Assembly (NCBI GenBank): GCA_965247115.1
Contig: CBDFGR010000001.1
Location: forward strand, 192,001-256,000
Direction: 5' to 3'
Source: Myxococcota bacterium
Lineage (GTDB): Bacteria > Myxococcota_A > UBA9160 > SZUA-336
Length of the DNA stretch: 64,000 bases
Positions within the stretch are counted from its first letter, which is position 1. The number at the start of each line of letters is the position of its first letter. A program made the position numbers and the translations under genes. Positions 56,086 through 64,000 of the stretch are shown here, in pieces. Under the pieces are notes generated by a model. It saw only the letters and a list, made by a program, of their open reading frames with translations, did not search any database and had not been told where the DNA came from.

Positions 56086-56817
56086 CTACTGGAGGCGGCG
56101 GGCGTAGAGGTCGAAGACTCGCTCCCAGACTCGTTCCGCGGCCTCTTTTTTGTAGATGCCGGTGCGTTCGGGGAAGCAGAAGCCGTGCTCGGTTTCGGGC
56201 CATGTGTCGATCCGGTAGCGTACGTCGTGCTTGTCGAGCGAGGCGATGAGCTCGGGAATCACGTTGTCGGGCACCCAGGTGTCCGTCTCGGCGAAGCCGA
56301 AGTACAGCTCGGCCCTGACGCGGTCGGCCAGGAGGTGGGGCGAGTCGAGCTCATCCGTCACGATTCCGACGCCGTAGAGGGATGCGGCCGCGCCGAAGTC
56401 CTGCGGAAAGCTCCCGGCGGCAGACACCACGTACTGACCGCTCATGCAGTAGCCGATGCAGCCCTTGGGGCCGGACGCCACCTGCGGCTGGTCCGCGAGG
56501 AAGCTCAGCATTCCCCGGGTGTCGCGCACGACGAGCTCGTTGGAGAGGCTCCCCATGGCGGCGAACATGCGCTTGCGCTCCTCGTCGCCAGCAGCGAGAT
56601 CGAAGCGCGGTCGGCCCAGGCGGTAGTACATGTCCGGCAGGAGCACGTAGTAGCCCTGGGTGGCGATGCGGCGAGAGAAGTCGCGCAGCTCCTCGCGGAT
56701 GCCAGGTGCGTCCATGTAGAGGATCACGGCAGGGAAGGGGCCCTCGCCGTCCGGGTGAGCCGCGAAGCCCTCCATCCGGCCATCCATGGTCTCGATCTCG
56801 TGGGTCCGCTCGATCAC
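56086..56817 (-). CDS. Dienelactone hydrolase family protein
   Basis: MDAPGIR, GYCMSG, HGFCFP; GTG start after GAGGAGG. Confidence 0.9.
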   Translation of the reverse strand: MIERTHEIETMDGRMEGFAAHPDGEGPFPAVILYMDAPGIREELRDFSRRIATQGYYVLLPDMYYRLGRPRFDLAAGDEERKRMFAAMGSLSNELVVRDTRGMLSFLADQPQVASGPKGCIGYCMSGQYVVSAAGSFPQDFGAAASLYGVGIVTDELDSPHLLADRVRAELYFGFAETDTWVPDNVIPELIASLDKHDVRYRIDTWPETEHGFCFPERTGIYKKEAAERVWERVFDLYARRLQ

Positions 56818-56929
56818 CGCTGCCTCCTCTTGTGCGAGGCACCAGCATCGCACACTGGCCGGGTAGCGTGTGATACGGTCGATCCGCAAGAGACGCCACC
56901 GGATCAAACAGCTTGCAGCGGGGGTCACG

Positions 56930-58294
56930 ATGAGCGAAGAGGCCGAAGGCAGAGAACACAGGAACTTCGCACGCGCCCGTGAAAGTCTCGCCGCGCGCAC
57001 TCCTCGCTCCGCTGAGGCAAAGGCAAGGGGATCCAAGGTGCTGGCGATGGAGGTGGTGCAGACAGTCACCATGCCCCATCCGATCTATATCGAAAGCGCC
57101 GCCGGCGCGCGCGTCACGGACCTCGATGGAAACACGTACATCGACCTTACGGGCGGCTTTGGTCCACTGGTGCTCGGGCACGGGCCGCAGTGCGTGAAGG
57201 ACGCGCTAGCGGAGCAGCTCGAGCGCGGCTGGCACTTCGGCATTCACAACGCGCGGCAGGCGGAGCTCGCCGAGCTACTGCAGGAGGCAGGCCGGTGCGT
57301 CGATACCGCAGTGTTCGCGAACTCCGGCACCGAGGCCACCATGTACGCCGTCCGCCTCGGCCGCGCCTTCACGAACAAGAGCAAGATCGCGCTCTTCGAT
57401 GGCTCGTACCACGGAGTCCATGACTACGCGCTCATCAAGGCAGACACCGCGAGCCCGCGTTCGCGCCCCACCACGCGCGTCCTCGGCGGTGGTGTACCCG
57501 ACGTGATCAAAGGCGAGACCGTGATCGTTCTCCCCTACCGCGATCCGGCCGCCTACGACCTGATCCGGGAGCACAAGGACGACCTCGCCATGGTGCTGAT
57601 CGAGCCGGTCCAGAGCTCGAATCCAAGACTGGACACCGGCGACTTTCTCCACGGACTGCTCGACGTGTGCCGCGAGAGCAACGTGCTGTTCCTCATGGAC
57701 GAGGTCATCACGGGCTTCCGCATCCAGTACGGCGGCTGCCAGCAGCACTACGACATCACCCCGGACCTCGCGACGTTCGGCAAGGCGATCGGTGGCGGTC
57801 AGCCCATCGGCGCGGTGGGCGGTCGGGGCGACGTGATGAACGGCTTTACGGGCAAAGACGACGCCCCCTTCATCTTCTCCGGGGGAACGTTCTCCGGGAA
57901 CCCGTTGACCATGGCCGCCGGCATTGCAGCGGTGGGCTATATGCGGGAACGCAAGGAGACGCTCTACCCCTACCTGAATGATCAGGGCAATCGCTTCGCC
58001 GAAGCCGTCAACAGCTTCTGCCGCGACAACGACATCCCAGCCCAGGTCATGAACGCGGCCTCGATGTTCCACCTCATATTCCAGGGCGGAGAGATCGGCG
58101 GATCGCGGGACATCACAAACGAGAATCGCACGGCCGAGCGCCAGTTCTACCTACACCTCATGAACCACGGAGTGATCGTTCCGGGCATACACCTGGCGTT
58201 CCTCTCTGCCGCCCATACACCCGCAGACGTCGATGAGGTCATCGAAGCCTTCCAGGCCTCCTTCCTGGACGTGCGCGAAGACGGCTTGCTCTAG
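56930..58294 (+). CDS. Class III PLP aminotransferase (GSA-aminomutase-like), second paralogue
   Basis: NSGTEA, GSYHG, DEVITGFR, GKAIGGG, GTFSGNP. Confidence 0.9.
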   Translation: MSEEAEGREHRNFARARESLAARTPRSAEAKARGSKVLAMEVVQTVTMPHPIYIESAAGARVTDLDGNTYIDLTGGFGPLVLGHGPQCVKDALAEQLERGWHFGIHNARQAELAELLQEAGRCVDTAVFANSGTEATMYAVRLGRAFTNKSKIALFDGSYHGVHDYALIKADTASPRSRPTTRVLGGGVPDVIKGETVIVLPYRDPAAYDLIREHKDDLAMVLIEPVQSSNPRLDTGDFLHGLLDVCRESNVLFLMDEVITGFRIQYGGCQQHYDITPDLATFGKAIGGGQPIGAVGGRGDVMNGFTGKDDAPFIFSGGTFSGNPLTMAAGIAAVGYMRERKETLYPYLNDQGNRFAEAVNSFCRDNDIPAQVMNAASMFHLIFQGGEIGGSRDITNENRTAERQFYLHLMNHGVIVPGIHLAFLSAAHTPADVDEVIEAFQASFLDVREDGLL

Positions 58295-58303
58295 TCGAGC
58301 GAT

Positions 58304-58367
58304 AAGACCGACGTTCTCCGGTCGAAGACCGACGTTCTTCGGTCTCTGAGACCGACGTTGTCGTCGG
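58304..58367. repeat. Three tandem palindromic units with core AGACCGACGTT
   Basis: AAGACCGACGTTCTCCGGTC, AAGACCGACGTTCTTCGGTC, AGACCGACGTTGTCGTCGG. Confidence 0.75.
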
Positions 58368-58397
58368 GGCGGAGAACCTCTACTACTTGCGGGGCGC

Positions 58398-58474
58398 GCT
58401 CCCGTAGCTCATTTGGATAGAGCATTCGCCTCCTAAGCGAAGGGTAGTAGGTTCGAATCCTACCGGGAGCGCCA
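58398..58474 (+). tRNA. tRNA-Arg (CCT)
   Basis: GCTCCCG acceptor, TTCGC-CT CCT AA-GCGAA anticodon arm, GGTTCGAATCC, encoded CCA; 77 nt. Confidence 0.97.
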
Positions 58475-58482
58475 GTCAGCGC

Positions 58483-58821
58483 TCAGAAGAGCAGGATCTG
58501 CTCGTAGAACTCGAGAAACTGCTCCGACGCACCTTCGAAGCGTACGCCAAAGCCCGGACGGGCGTCCGGCTGCTCTAGCTCAGTCGTGCTCCAGACCACG
58601 ATGCGCTCGATCTCGACCTTGCGCCCCTGCTGGGTGTGGAAGAGGACGCGGATCTCACTGCCCGGCTCGGGTAGCACGTCGGAGCGCAGGAAGAGGCCGC
58701 CTTTGCTCACGTTCTTCACGTGACCCTTGCCGCGCACCTCGCCGGACTCGAAAGAGGCCGGGACGCGCGCGACGCTGCGCTTGAGCTTGCGCCGCTCGAT
58801 CCCGCCTGTGCTTCTCGCCAT
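58483..58821 (-). CDS. Stand-alone PilZ domain protein
   Basis: RSVAR (RxxxR), NVSKGG (N/DxSxxG), GFGVRF. Confidence 0.85.
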   Translation of the reverse strand: MARSTGGIERRKLKRSVARVPASFESGEVRGKGHVKNVSKGGLFLRSDVLPEPGSEIRVLFHTQQGRKVEIERIVVWSTTELEQPDARPGFGVRFEGASEQFLEFYEQILLF

Positions 58822-58848
58822 TTGGCCTTCCTCTCCCAGTCGTCGGGC

Positions 58849-58876
58849 CTATCGGTCCGCGGCCGGGCAGGCTTGA
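58849..58876 (-). promoter_or_regulatory. Sigma28-like promoter of PilZ gene
   Basis: TCAA-N16-ACCGATAG on the minus strand, 27 bp upstream of ATG. Confidence 0.5.
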
Positions 58877-58935
58877 CGAGCGCCAGGGACGGAAAAGCGC
58901 CTACTATAGAGTCCGCGCGGGCCTCTGGAGAGCGA

Positions 58936-59907
58936 ATGGAGAAGGCAGACCTCGACGCGGTGCTCCGGCGCCATGGACTGGAGCCACTCACTCGCGCGCG
59001 GGTCGACACTCTGCAGCTGAACGTGACGCTGCGCTGCAACCTCGCCTGCCACCACTGTCACGTGGAGTCCGGGCCCAAGCGCACCGAGGCCATGGACGAG
59101 GCCGTGGTCGCCCGGGTGCTCGATCTCCTCGCGGCGAGTCCCGGCGTGCGGACGCTCGACCTCACGGGCGGCGCTCCGGAGATGCACCCGGATTTCCGGG
59201 TCTTGGTGGAGGGGGCACGGGCGCTGGGACTCGAGGTGATCGACCGCTGCAATCTCACCATCCTCCACGAGCGCGGATATCGGGATCTGCCGGAGTTCCT
59301 CGCCAAGAACGGCGTGACGGTGATCGCTTCGCTGCCCTGCTACACCGGGGAGAACGTCGAGAGCCAACGCGGGCGAGAGGTGTTCGACCGCAGCATCGAG
59401 GCACTGCGCTGGCTGAACAGCCTGGGCTACGGTCGCGCGAGCTCGGACCTGAGTCTCGACCTGGTCCACAACCCGCTTGGTCCCTCGCTTCCGCCTCCGC
59501 AGGGCGAGCTCGAGAAGGAGTACAAGGTCGAGCTCCGGGAGCGCTTCGGGATCGAGTTCCACCGCCTGCTCGCGATCACGAACATGCCGATCAAGCGCTT
59601 CGGCGACATGCTCGTGAGACGCGGCCAGGCTTCCGAGTACCTCTCGCTCCTGGTCAATCACTTCAATCCACGCGTCGTCCCCCAGGTCATGTGCAGAACG
59701 CTCGTCTCGGTGGGACACGACGGACAGCTCTACGATTGCGACTTCAACCTGGCGCTCGAGCTTCCGCTCGCTGGCAAGCGCCGGACGCTGTGGGAGATCG
59801 AGACCCTATCCGAGCTGGAGGGCGATCCCATCGCGACGGCCTCGCACTGCTTCGGCTGCACGGCGGGCGCGGGATCCAGCTGCGGCGGAATCCTCGAGGA
59901 GAGCTAG
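58936..59907 (+). CDS. arsS: Radical SAM protein, ArsS (arsenosugar biosynthesis) family
   Basis: CNLACHHCHV, DLTGGAPE, DRCNL, ASLPCY, NMPI.RF, MCR, YDCDFN, HCFGCTAGAGSSCGG. Confidence 0.88.
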   Translation: MEKADLDAVLRRHGLEPLTRARVDTLQLNVTLRCNLACHHCHVESGPKRTEAMDEAVVARVLDLLAASPGVRTLDLTGGAPEMHPDFRVLVEGARALGLEVIDRCNLTILHERGYRDLPEFLAKNGVTVIASLPCYTGENVESQRGREVFDRSIEALRWLNSLGYGRASSDLSLDLVHNPLGPSLPPPQGELEKEYKVELRERFGIEFHRLLAITNMPIKRFGDMLVRRGQASEYLSLLVNHFNPRVVPQVMCRTLVSVGHDGQLYDCDFNLALELPLAGKRRTLWEIETLSELEGDPIATASHCFGCTAGAGSSCGGILEES

Positions 59908-60155
59908 CGACTCTGCTCGGCCTTGCGCGCTTGCAGGATCGCCCGGAGCAGCTCCTGGGGCGCGTCCTGCGGCGGAGGTCCTTCCGAGATCTGGCAGACG
60001 GACTTCCCGAGTCGCACTGTGGTCTTGTAGCTCTCGAGATAGTCCAGGCACGGCGGGCAGCAGTCCAGGTGCTCCTCGAAGATGCGGGCCTGTGCGGGGG
60101 GCAGCTCCCCGCTCGAGTAGTCGGTCAAGAACTCAACCATTTCTCGACAGGTCAT
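59904..60155 (-). CDS. zf-HC2 anti-sigma factor
   Basis: CREMVEFL.DY..GEL, HLDCCPPC (HxxxCxxC). Confidence 0.88.
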   Translation of the reverse strand: MTCREMVEFLTDYSSGELPPAQARIFEEHLDCCPPCLDYLESYKTTVRLGKSVCQISEGPPPQDAPQELLRAILQARKAEQSR

Positions 60156-60769
60156 CCCTCGGCTCCCTCGCGCATGTGTGGGTCCAGCAGCGTCCGCAGC
60201 GCCAGCCGGGCCCGGTGAAGGCGGATCTTGACGGCGTTCGGCGTGACCTCGAGCAGGTCGGCTGTCTCCTTGGTGTCCAGCTCTTCGATGTCACGCAGAA
60301 GCAGAACGTTCCGGTAGATCTCCGGAAGCTCGTCGATCAGCTCGCGCACCATCGCTCGTGTCTCCTGACTCTCGAGCACCTCGTGCGCCGTCCTCTTCCA
60401 CTCCACCGGTGTGGTGCTCTGATGACCATCTTCGATAAAGGTCGGGAGCAGCTCTTCGATAGGAGTCTCTGGCCGTCGCTTGCGCGAGCGGATCTTCATG
60501 AGCGCGGCGTTCACGACGATGCGGTGCAGCCAGGTGGAGAGGCGCGAGCCTCCCTCGAAGCGATCGATGGCCCTGAAGGCGGACAGAAACGCATCCTGCA
60601 CGACGTCGTGCGCGTCCTCCTCGCTACCCAGCATGCGTCGCGCCACCGAGAGGAGCCTGCCGGCCTGCTCGTTCACCAGCCGCTCGTAGGCGTCGTCGTC
60701 GCCGGCGCGCAGACGTCCGATGAGCTCGGACTCCTCGAGCCGGTCGGGAGCGGCGCTCGACGTCGTCAT
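60152..60769 (-). CDS. ECF sigma-70 factor
   Basis: DAHDVVQDAF, F.G.S.LSTWLHRI, VKIRLHRAR. Confidence 0.93.
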   Translation of the reverse strand: MTTSSAAPDRLEESELIGRLRAGDDDAYERLVNEQAGRLLSVARRMLGSEEDAHDVVQDAFLSAFRAIDRFEGGSRLSTWLHRIVVNAALMKIRSRKRRPETPIEELLPTFIEDGHQSTTPVEWKRTAHEVLESQETRAMVRELIDELPEIYRNVLLLRDIEELDTKETADLLEVTPNAVKIRLHRARLALRTLLDPHMREGAEG

Positions 60770-60844
60770 CCACGCCAGGATACCGCAGCGGGAGACGCGG
60801 AGCCGGCTTGACACCCCCTATGCAGGAGCGAGACTCGCGCGGCA

Positions 60845-61870
60845 ATGCGAATCGGTCTGCTGACTGGGGGTGGGGACTGTCCGGGTTTGAACGGGGTCAT
60901 TCGAGCCGTGGTTCGCCGCGCCGTAGCGCGCGACAGCGAGGTGGTCGGCATCCTCGAGGGCTGGCGCGGACTCATCGAAGGCCACACGCGCACGATCGAG
61001 CCCGAAGAGGTGCGAGGGCTGCTGCGCATGGGCGGTACGGTGCTGCGGACCTCGCGCACCAACCCGTTCCGTGCGCCCGAGGTGTTCGAGCAGATGGCCG
61101 AGAGCTGGAAGCGTCTCGGCCTCGACGCGCTCATTGCGATTGGGGGTGAGGACACCCTCGGCGTGGCTGCCCAGCTCCATCGAGAGCAGAGCTGGCCCGT
61201 CGTGGGAGTTCCGAAGACGATCGACAATGACATCTCCGCTACCGACTACACCTTCGGCTTCGATACTGCGGTCTCGATCGCGACCGAGGCCATCGACCGC
61301 CTCCACACCACCGCGGAGAGTCACAACCGCGTCATGGTCGTCGAGGTCATGGGTCGCCACACCGGCTGGATCGCGATCCACGCTGGGATCGCCGGTGGGG
61401 CCAGCTACATCGCGATTCCCGAGCGCGAGGTGAGCATCGAGGAGATCTGCAACTCACTGGTCGAGCGCGCCGGCTCGGGCCGGAACTACAGCATCGTCGT
61501 GGTTGCCGAGGGCGCCCGCATCCACGGCCTCGAGGGCGGTCGCAGCTCTCGGACCGACGAGTTCGGCCATTCCCTGCTGGGCGGGATCGGCCATGCGCTG
61601 GCGGAACGTGTCGGCGAGCAGACTGGCTTCGAGACGCGCGTGACCGTGCTGGGCCACGTCCAGCGTGGAGGTACGCCGACGGCCTACGATCGCGTGCTCT
61701 CGACTCGTTACGGCGTTCTCGCCTGCGACCTCGTGCACCGGGAACAGTTCGGAACCATGGTGGCCTTGCGGGGGAACGAGGTCCTCGCCGTCGACCTCCA
61801 GCAGGCCGTCGCCGAGCCCAAGACGGTCGATCCCCAGCTGATCGCGCTGGCGGAGATCTTCTTCAACTGA
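60845..61870 (+). CDS. pfkA: 6-phosphofructokinase
   Basis: TGGGDCPGLN, PKTIDND, EVMGR, LGHVQRGG. Confidence 0.96.
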   Translation: MRIGLLTGGGDCPGLNGVIRAVVRRAVARDSEVVGILEGWRGLIEGHTRTIEPEEVRGLLRMGGTVLRTSRTNPFRAPEVFEQMAESWKRLGLDALIAIGGEDTLGVAAQLHREQSWPVVGVPKTIDNDISATDYTFGFDTAVSIATEAIDRLHTTAESHNRVMVVEVMGRHTGWIAIHAGIAGGASYIAIPEREVSIEEICNSLVERAGSGRNYSIVVVAEGARIHGLEGGRSSRTDEFGHSLLGGIGHALAERVGEQTGFETRVTVLGHVQRGGTPTAYDRVLSTRYGVLACDLVHREQFGTMVALRGNEVLAVDLQQAVAEPKTVDPQLIALAEIFFN

Positions 61871-61937
61871 GGCAGATGACGCTCACTCGTGCGCGTCGTC
61901 AACTCCGCAGCTGCGTGCTCCGATACTGCTCGAGAGC

Positions 61938-62591
61938 GTGAGAGAATTCCGCAGCAAGGACACCTGGACGATCTTCCGGATCATGGCCGAGTTCGTCGAG
62001 GGCTTCGAGACCCTCGGCCCCGTCTGGCCGGCGGTATCGATTTTCGGGGGCGCTCGTGTCCAGCGCTCGAATCCCACCTACGCTCTCTCCCGCGAGATCG
62101 CTCGATCCCTCGCAGAGGAGGGCTTCGCAATCGTCACCGGTGGAGGTCCGGGAGCGATGGAGGCCGCGAATCGCGGCGCCAAGGAGGCGAATGCCCCCTC
62201 GATCGGCCTCAACATCAAGCTGCCCAAAGAGCAGGACTCGAACCCCTACGCAGACACGGTGATCCACTTCGACTACTTCTTTGCGCGCAAGGTGATGTTT
62301 GTGAAGTACTCGTGCGCGTTCGTCGGGCTCCCTGGCGGCTTCGGGACGCTCGACGAGATGTTCGAGTGCCTCACGCTCAAGCAGACCGAGAAAATGAGGA
62401 ACTTCCCGGTGATCCTCGTCGACTCGAGCTACTGGGGCGGTCTGGTCGACTGGCTGCACGACGTCGCCTTGCGGCGCGGCATGATCTCGAAGCGCGATCT
62501 GAAGCTCTTTCGCGTGGTCGACACTGCCGAGGAAGTCACGCGACTTGTCGCGCAAAGCTGGAAGCGCCAGCAGCAGCAGCTGCCCGCGTAG
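61938..62591 (+). CDS. LOG family nucleotide phosphoribohydrolase
   Basis: TGGGPG.ME, YFF.RK, PGGFGTLDE. Confidence 0.92.
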   Translation: MREFRSKDTWTIFRIMAEFVEGFETLGPVWPAVSIFGGARVQRSNPTYALSREIARSLAEEGFAIVTGGGPGAMEAANRGAKEANAPSIGLNIKLPKEQDSNPYADTVIHFDYFFARKVMFVKYSCAFVGLPGGFGTLDEMFECLTLKQTEKMRNFPVILVDSSYWGGLVDWLHDVALRRGMISKRDLKLFRVVDTAEEVTRLVAQSWKRQQQQLPA

Positions 62592-62867
62592 CTATTGCCA
62601 GCGGTACTCGCGGCTGCACGTCCTGCAGAGCAGGCGCTCACCACGCCTGGACAGCGGTGCCCCGCAGTCGCAGCGCCCTGCGAGACGGTGGGCGATAGCC
62701 TCTAGCTCGGCCCCATCGCCGGCACCGACCTCGATCGCAAAGTGGTTTCCCTCTCGCACCACAATCGCGTCCGACACCAAGAGGCGGGTGCATTCTGGCT
62801 CGGCGGTCTCGGGCAGCGTCTCGCGGAGGACGGAAAGGGCACGTCCGGTCAGGTCCTGGATCTTCAT
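62592..62867 (-). CDS. Small hypothetical protein with C-terminal Zn-ribbon
   Basis: CDCG...CRTC. Confidence 0.55.
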   Translation of the reverse strand: MKIQDLTGRALSVLRETLPETAEPECTRLLVSDAIVVREGNHFAIEVGAGDGAELEAIAHRLAGRCDCGAPLSRRGERLLCRTCSREYRWQ

Positions 62868-62979
62868 GACGTGCGAATACAGCAAAGGCCGTGCCCGCTC
62901 CCGAGTGGCCGGGCGCAGCGCGAGGCGGCGTGAGGGCCAGGAAGCTGCCAAAAAGGGGAAGATCCTTGCCCAGCCCGGG

Positions 62980-63273
62980 CTACTTCAGGACGAAGGTGAT
63001 GTGGGTCTGCCCGATCACGACCTCGTCGCCATCCTCGAGCTCGGCCGAGCGCTGCTTCTTGCCGTTGACCCGGATCCCATTGGTGCTCTGGAGATCCTCG
63101 ATCGTATAGGCGCTGTCCTCCCAGAGGATCACCGCGTGCTCGCGGCTCATACTCTCGTCCTTGAAGCGGAGGTCGTTCGTGGGGGCGCGGCCGATCAGGG
63201 TCTCGGCCGACTGGAGCTGGTAGATCTCGTCCGGATGGCCATCGCGGCGCAGAATCAGCTCAGCTTCCCTCAC
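62980..63273 (-). CDS. Stand-alone FHA domain protein
   Basis: IGR, SREH, DL.STNG..VNG, L.DGD...IG; GTG start. Confidence 0.9.
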   Translation of the reverse strand: MREAELILRRDGHPDEIYQLQSAETLIGRAPTNDLRFKDESMSREHAVILWEDSAYTIEDLQSTNGIRVNGKKQRSAELEDGDEVVIGQTHITFVLK

Positions 63274-63280
63274 AGATCGG

Positions 63281-63308
63281 CGATCGGCAGCGCCTCTTCG
63301 CGGCTTTA
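63281..63308 (-). promoter_or_regulatory. Sigma28-like promoter of FHA gene
   Basis: TAAA-N16-GCCGATCG on the minus strand, ending 7 nt before the GTG. Confidence 0.5.
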
Positions 63309-64000
63309 GACGTCGAGCCGCCGGTGCTTGAGCGCGGGAAGGCGGGCCCGAATGTCCTCCAGACGCTGGAAGTCCAGCTCCGCCAGGGCCATCCCCTCGC
63401 CGTCGGCCGCCGTGGCGAGCACGGTGCCCCACGGGTCGATGATGAGCGAGCGTCCGTAAGAGCGCCGCGTGGTGTTGTGCTCTCCGTACTGCGCTGCGGC
63501 CAGCACGAAGGCCTGGTTCTCGATCGCCCGGGCCCGCAGCAATACTTCCCAGTGATCGCGTCCGGTGGGGACCGTGAAGGCGGAGGGAACGAGGAGGATG
63601 CGGGCGCCCCGTGTCGCGAGCTTGCGGTAGAGCTCAGGGAAGCGCATGTCGTAGCAGACCGAAAGGCCGATCGCGCCAAGCGACGTGTCTGCTACTACCA
63701 GCTCGCTGCCTGCTGCCACCGTGCGCGATTCGTGTAGCGACGCGCCCGGGAGCTCCACGTCGAACAAATGGATCTTGCGGTAGACGCCCCGGATCTCGCC
63801 GTCGCTGTCGACCAGGACCGACGTGTTGTAGACACGGGTAGCGTCGTCCGTTCGCTCCGGGAACGTGCCGCCCGCGATCACCACTTGGTGGTGCCGCGCC
63901 AGGTCGCGGAGCAGGCGCGTCAGGGGACCGTCCAGGTCCTGGGCAAAGGGATTCGGCCCCGTTTCGAACTCCTCACGCATGACGAGCAGGTTTTCCGGCA
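63306..64000 (-). CDS. Carbon-nitrogen hydrolase (Nit1-like amidase), 5' end outside window
   Basis: PEN, YRKIHLFD, CYDMRFPE, PSAF, RARAIEN, DPWG. Confidence 0.93.
   Translation of the reverse strand, partial: PENLLVMREEFETGPNPFAQDLDGPLTRLLRDLARHHQVVIAGGTFPERTDDATRVYNTSVLVDSDGEIRGVYRKIHLFDVELPGASLHESRTVAAGSELVVADTSLGAIGLSVCYDMRFPELYRKLATRGARILLVPSAFTVPTGRDHWEVLLRARAIENQAFVLAAAQYGEHNTTRRSYGRSLIIDPWGTVLATAADGEGMALAELDFQRLEDIRARLPALKHRRLDV

Noticed and set aside
58304..58367. CRISPR array
   Set aside because: Units are about 20 bp with 1-4 nt between them, no spacers, and no cas genes in the window

Overview
High-GC bacterial chromosome segment; the gene content (type IV pilus/PilY1, TPR-Ser/Thr kinase, PilZ, FHA, RAYT) suggests a Myxococcota/deltaproteobacterial-type organism (inference). 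Left part: end of a pilN-O-P-secretin operon, a 2-oxoacid dehydrogenase operon with XRE-cupin regulator, fapA, a membrane kinase, and a pilX-pilY1 pair behind a c-di-GMP-I riboswitch. About 17-31.6 kb is accessory and decayed: inverted GlcG/HbpS paralogues, amidohydrolases, gene remnants, and a 6.2-kb integrase-less island bounded by a 51-bp duplication of the tRNA-Pro(GGG) 3' end. In the island an intact aac(2')-I-like gene replaces the middle of an ATP-dependent DNA ligase pseudogene. Right part: apt, two GGDEF proteins, msrPQ/dsbD/msrB, an uncharacterised ferritin-like diiron protein + UbiB/ABC1 kinase pair, a PhlAB-like fusion + thiolase, a RAYT transposase with a broken HUH motif, tRNA-Arg(CCT), arsS, ECF sigma/anti-sigma, pfkA, LOG and a nitrilase-family gene. 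Main non-coding signals: a recurrent sigma28-like promoter motif before motility/c-di-GMP genes and three unexplained hairpin/inverted-repeat elements. All calls come from reading the sequence and motifs; no database searches were run.
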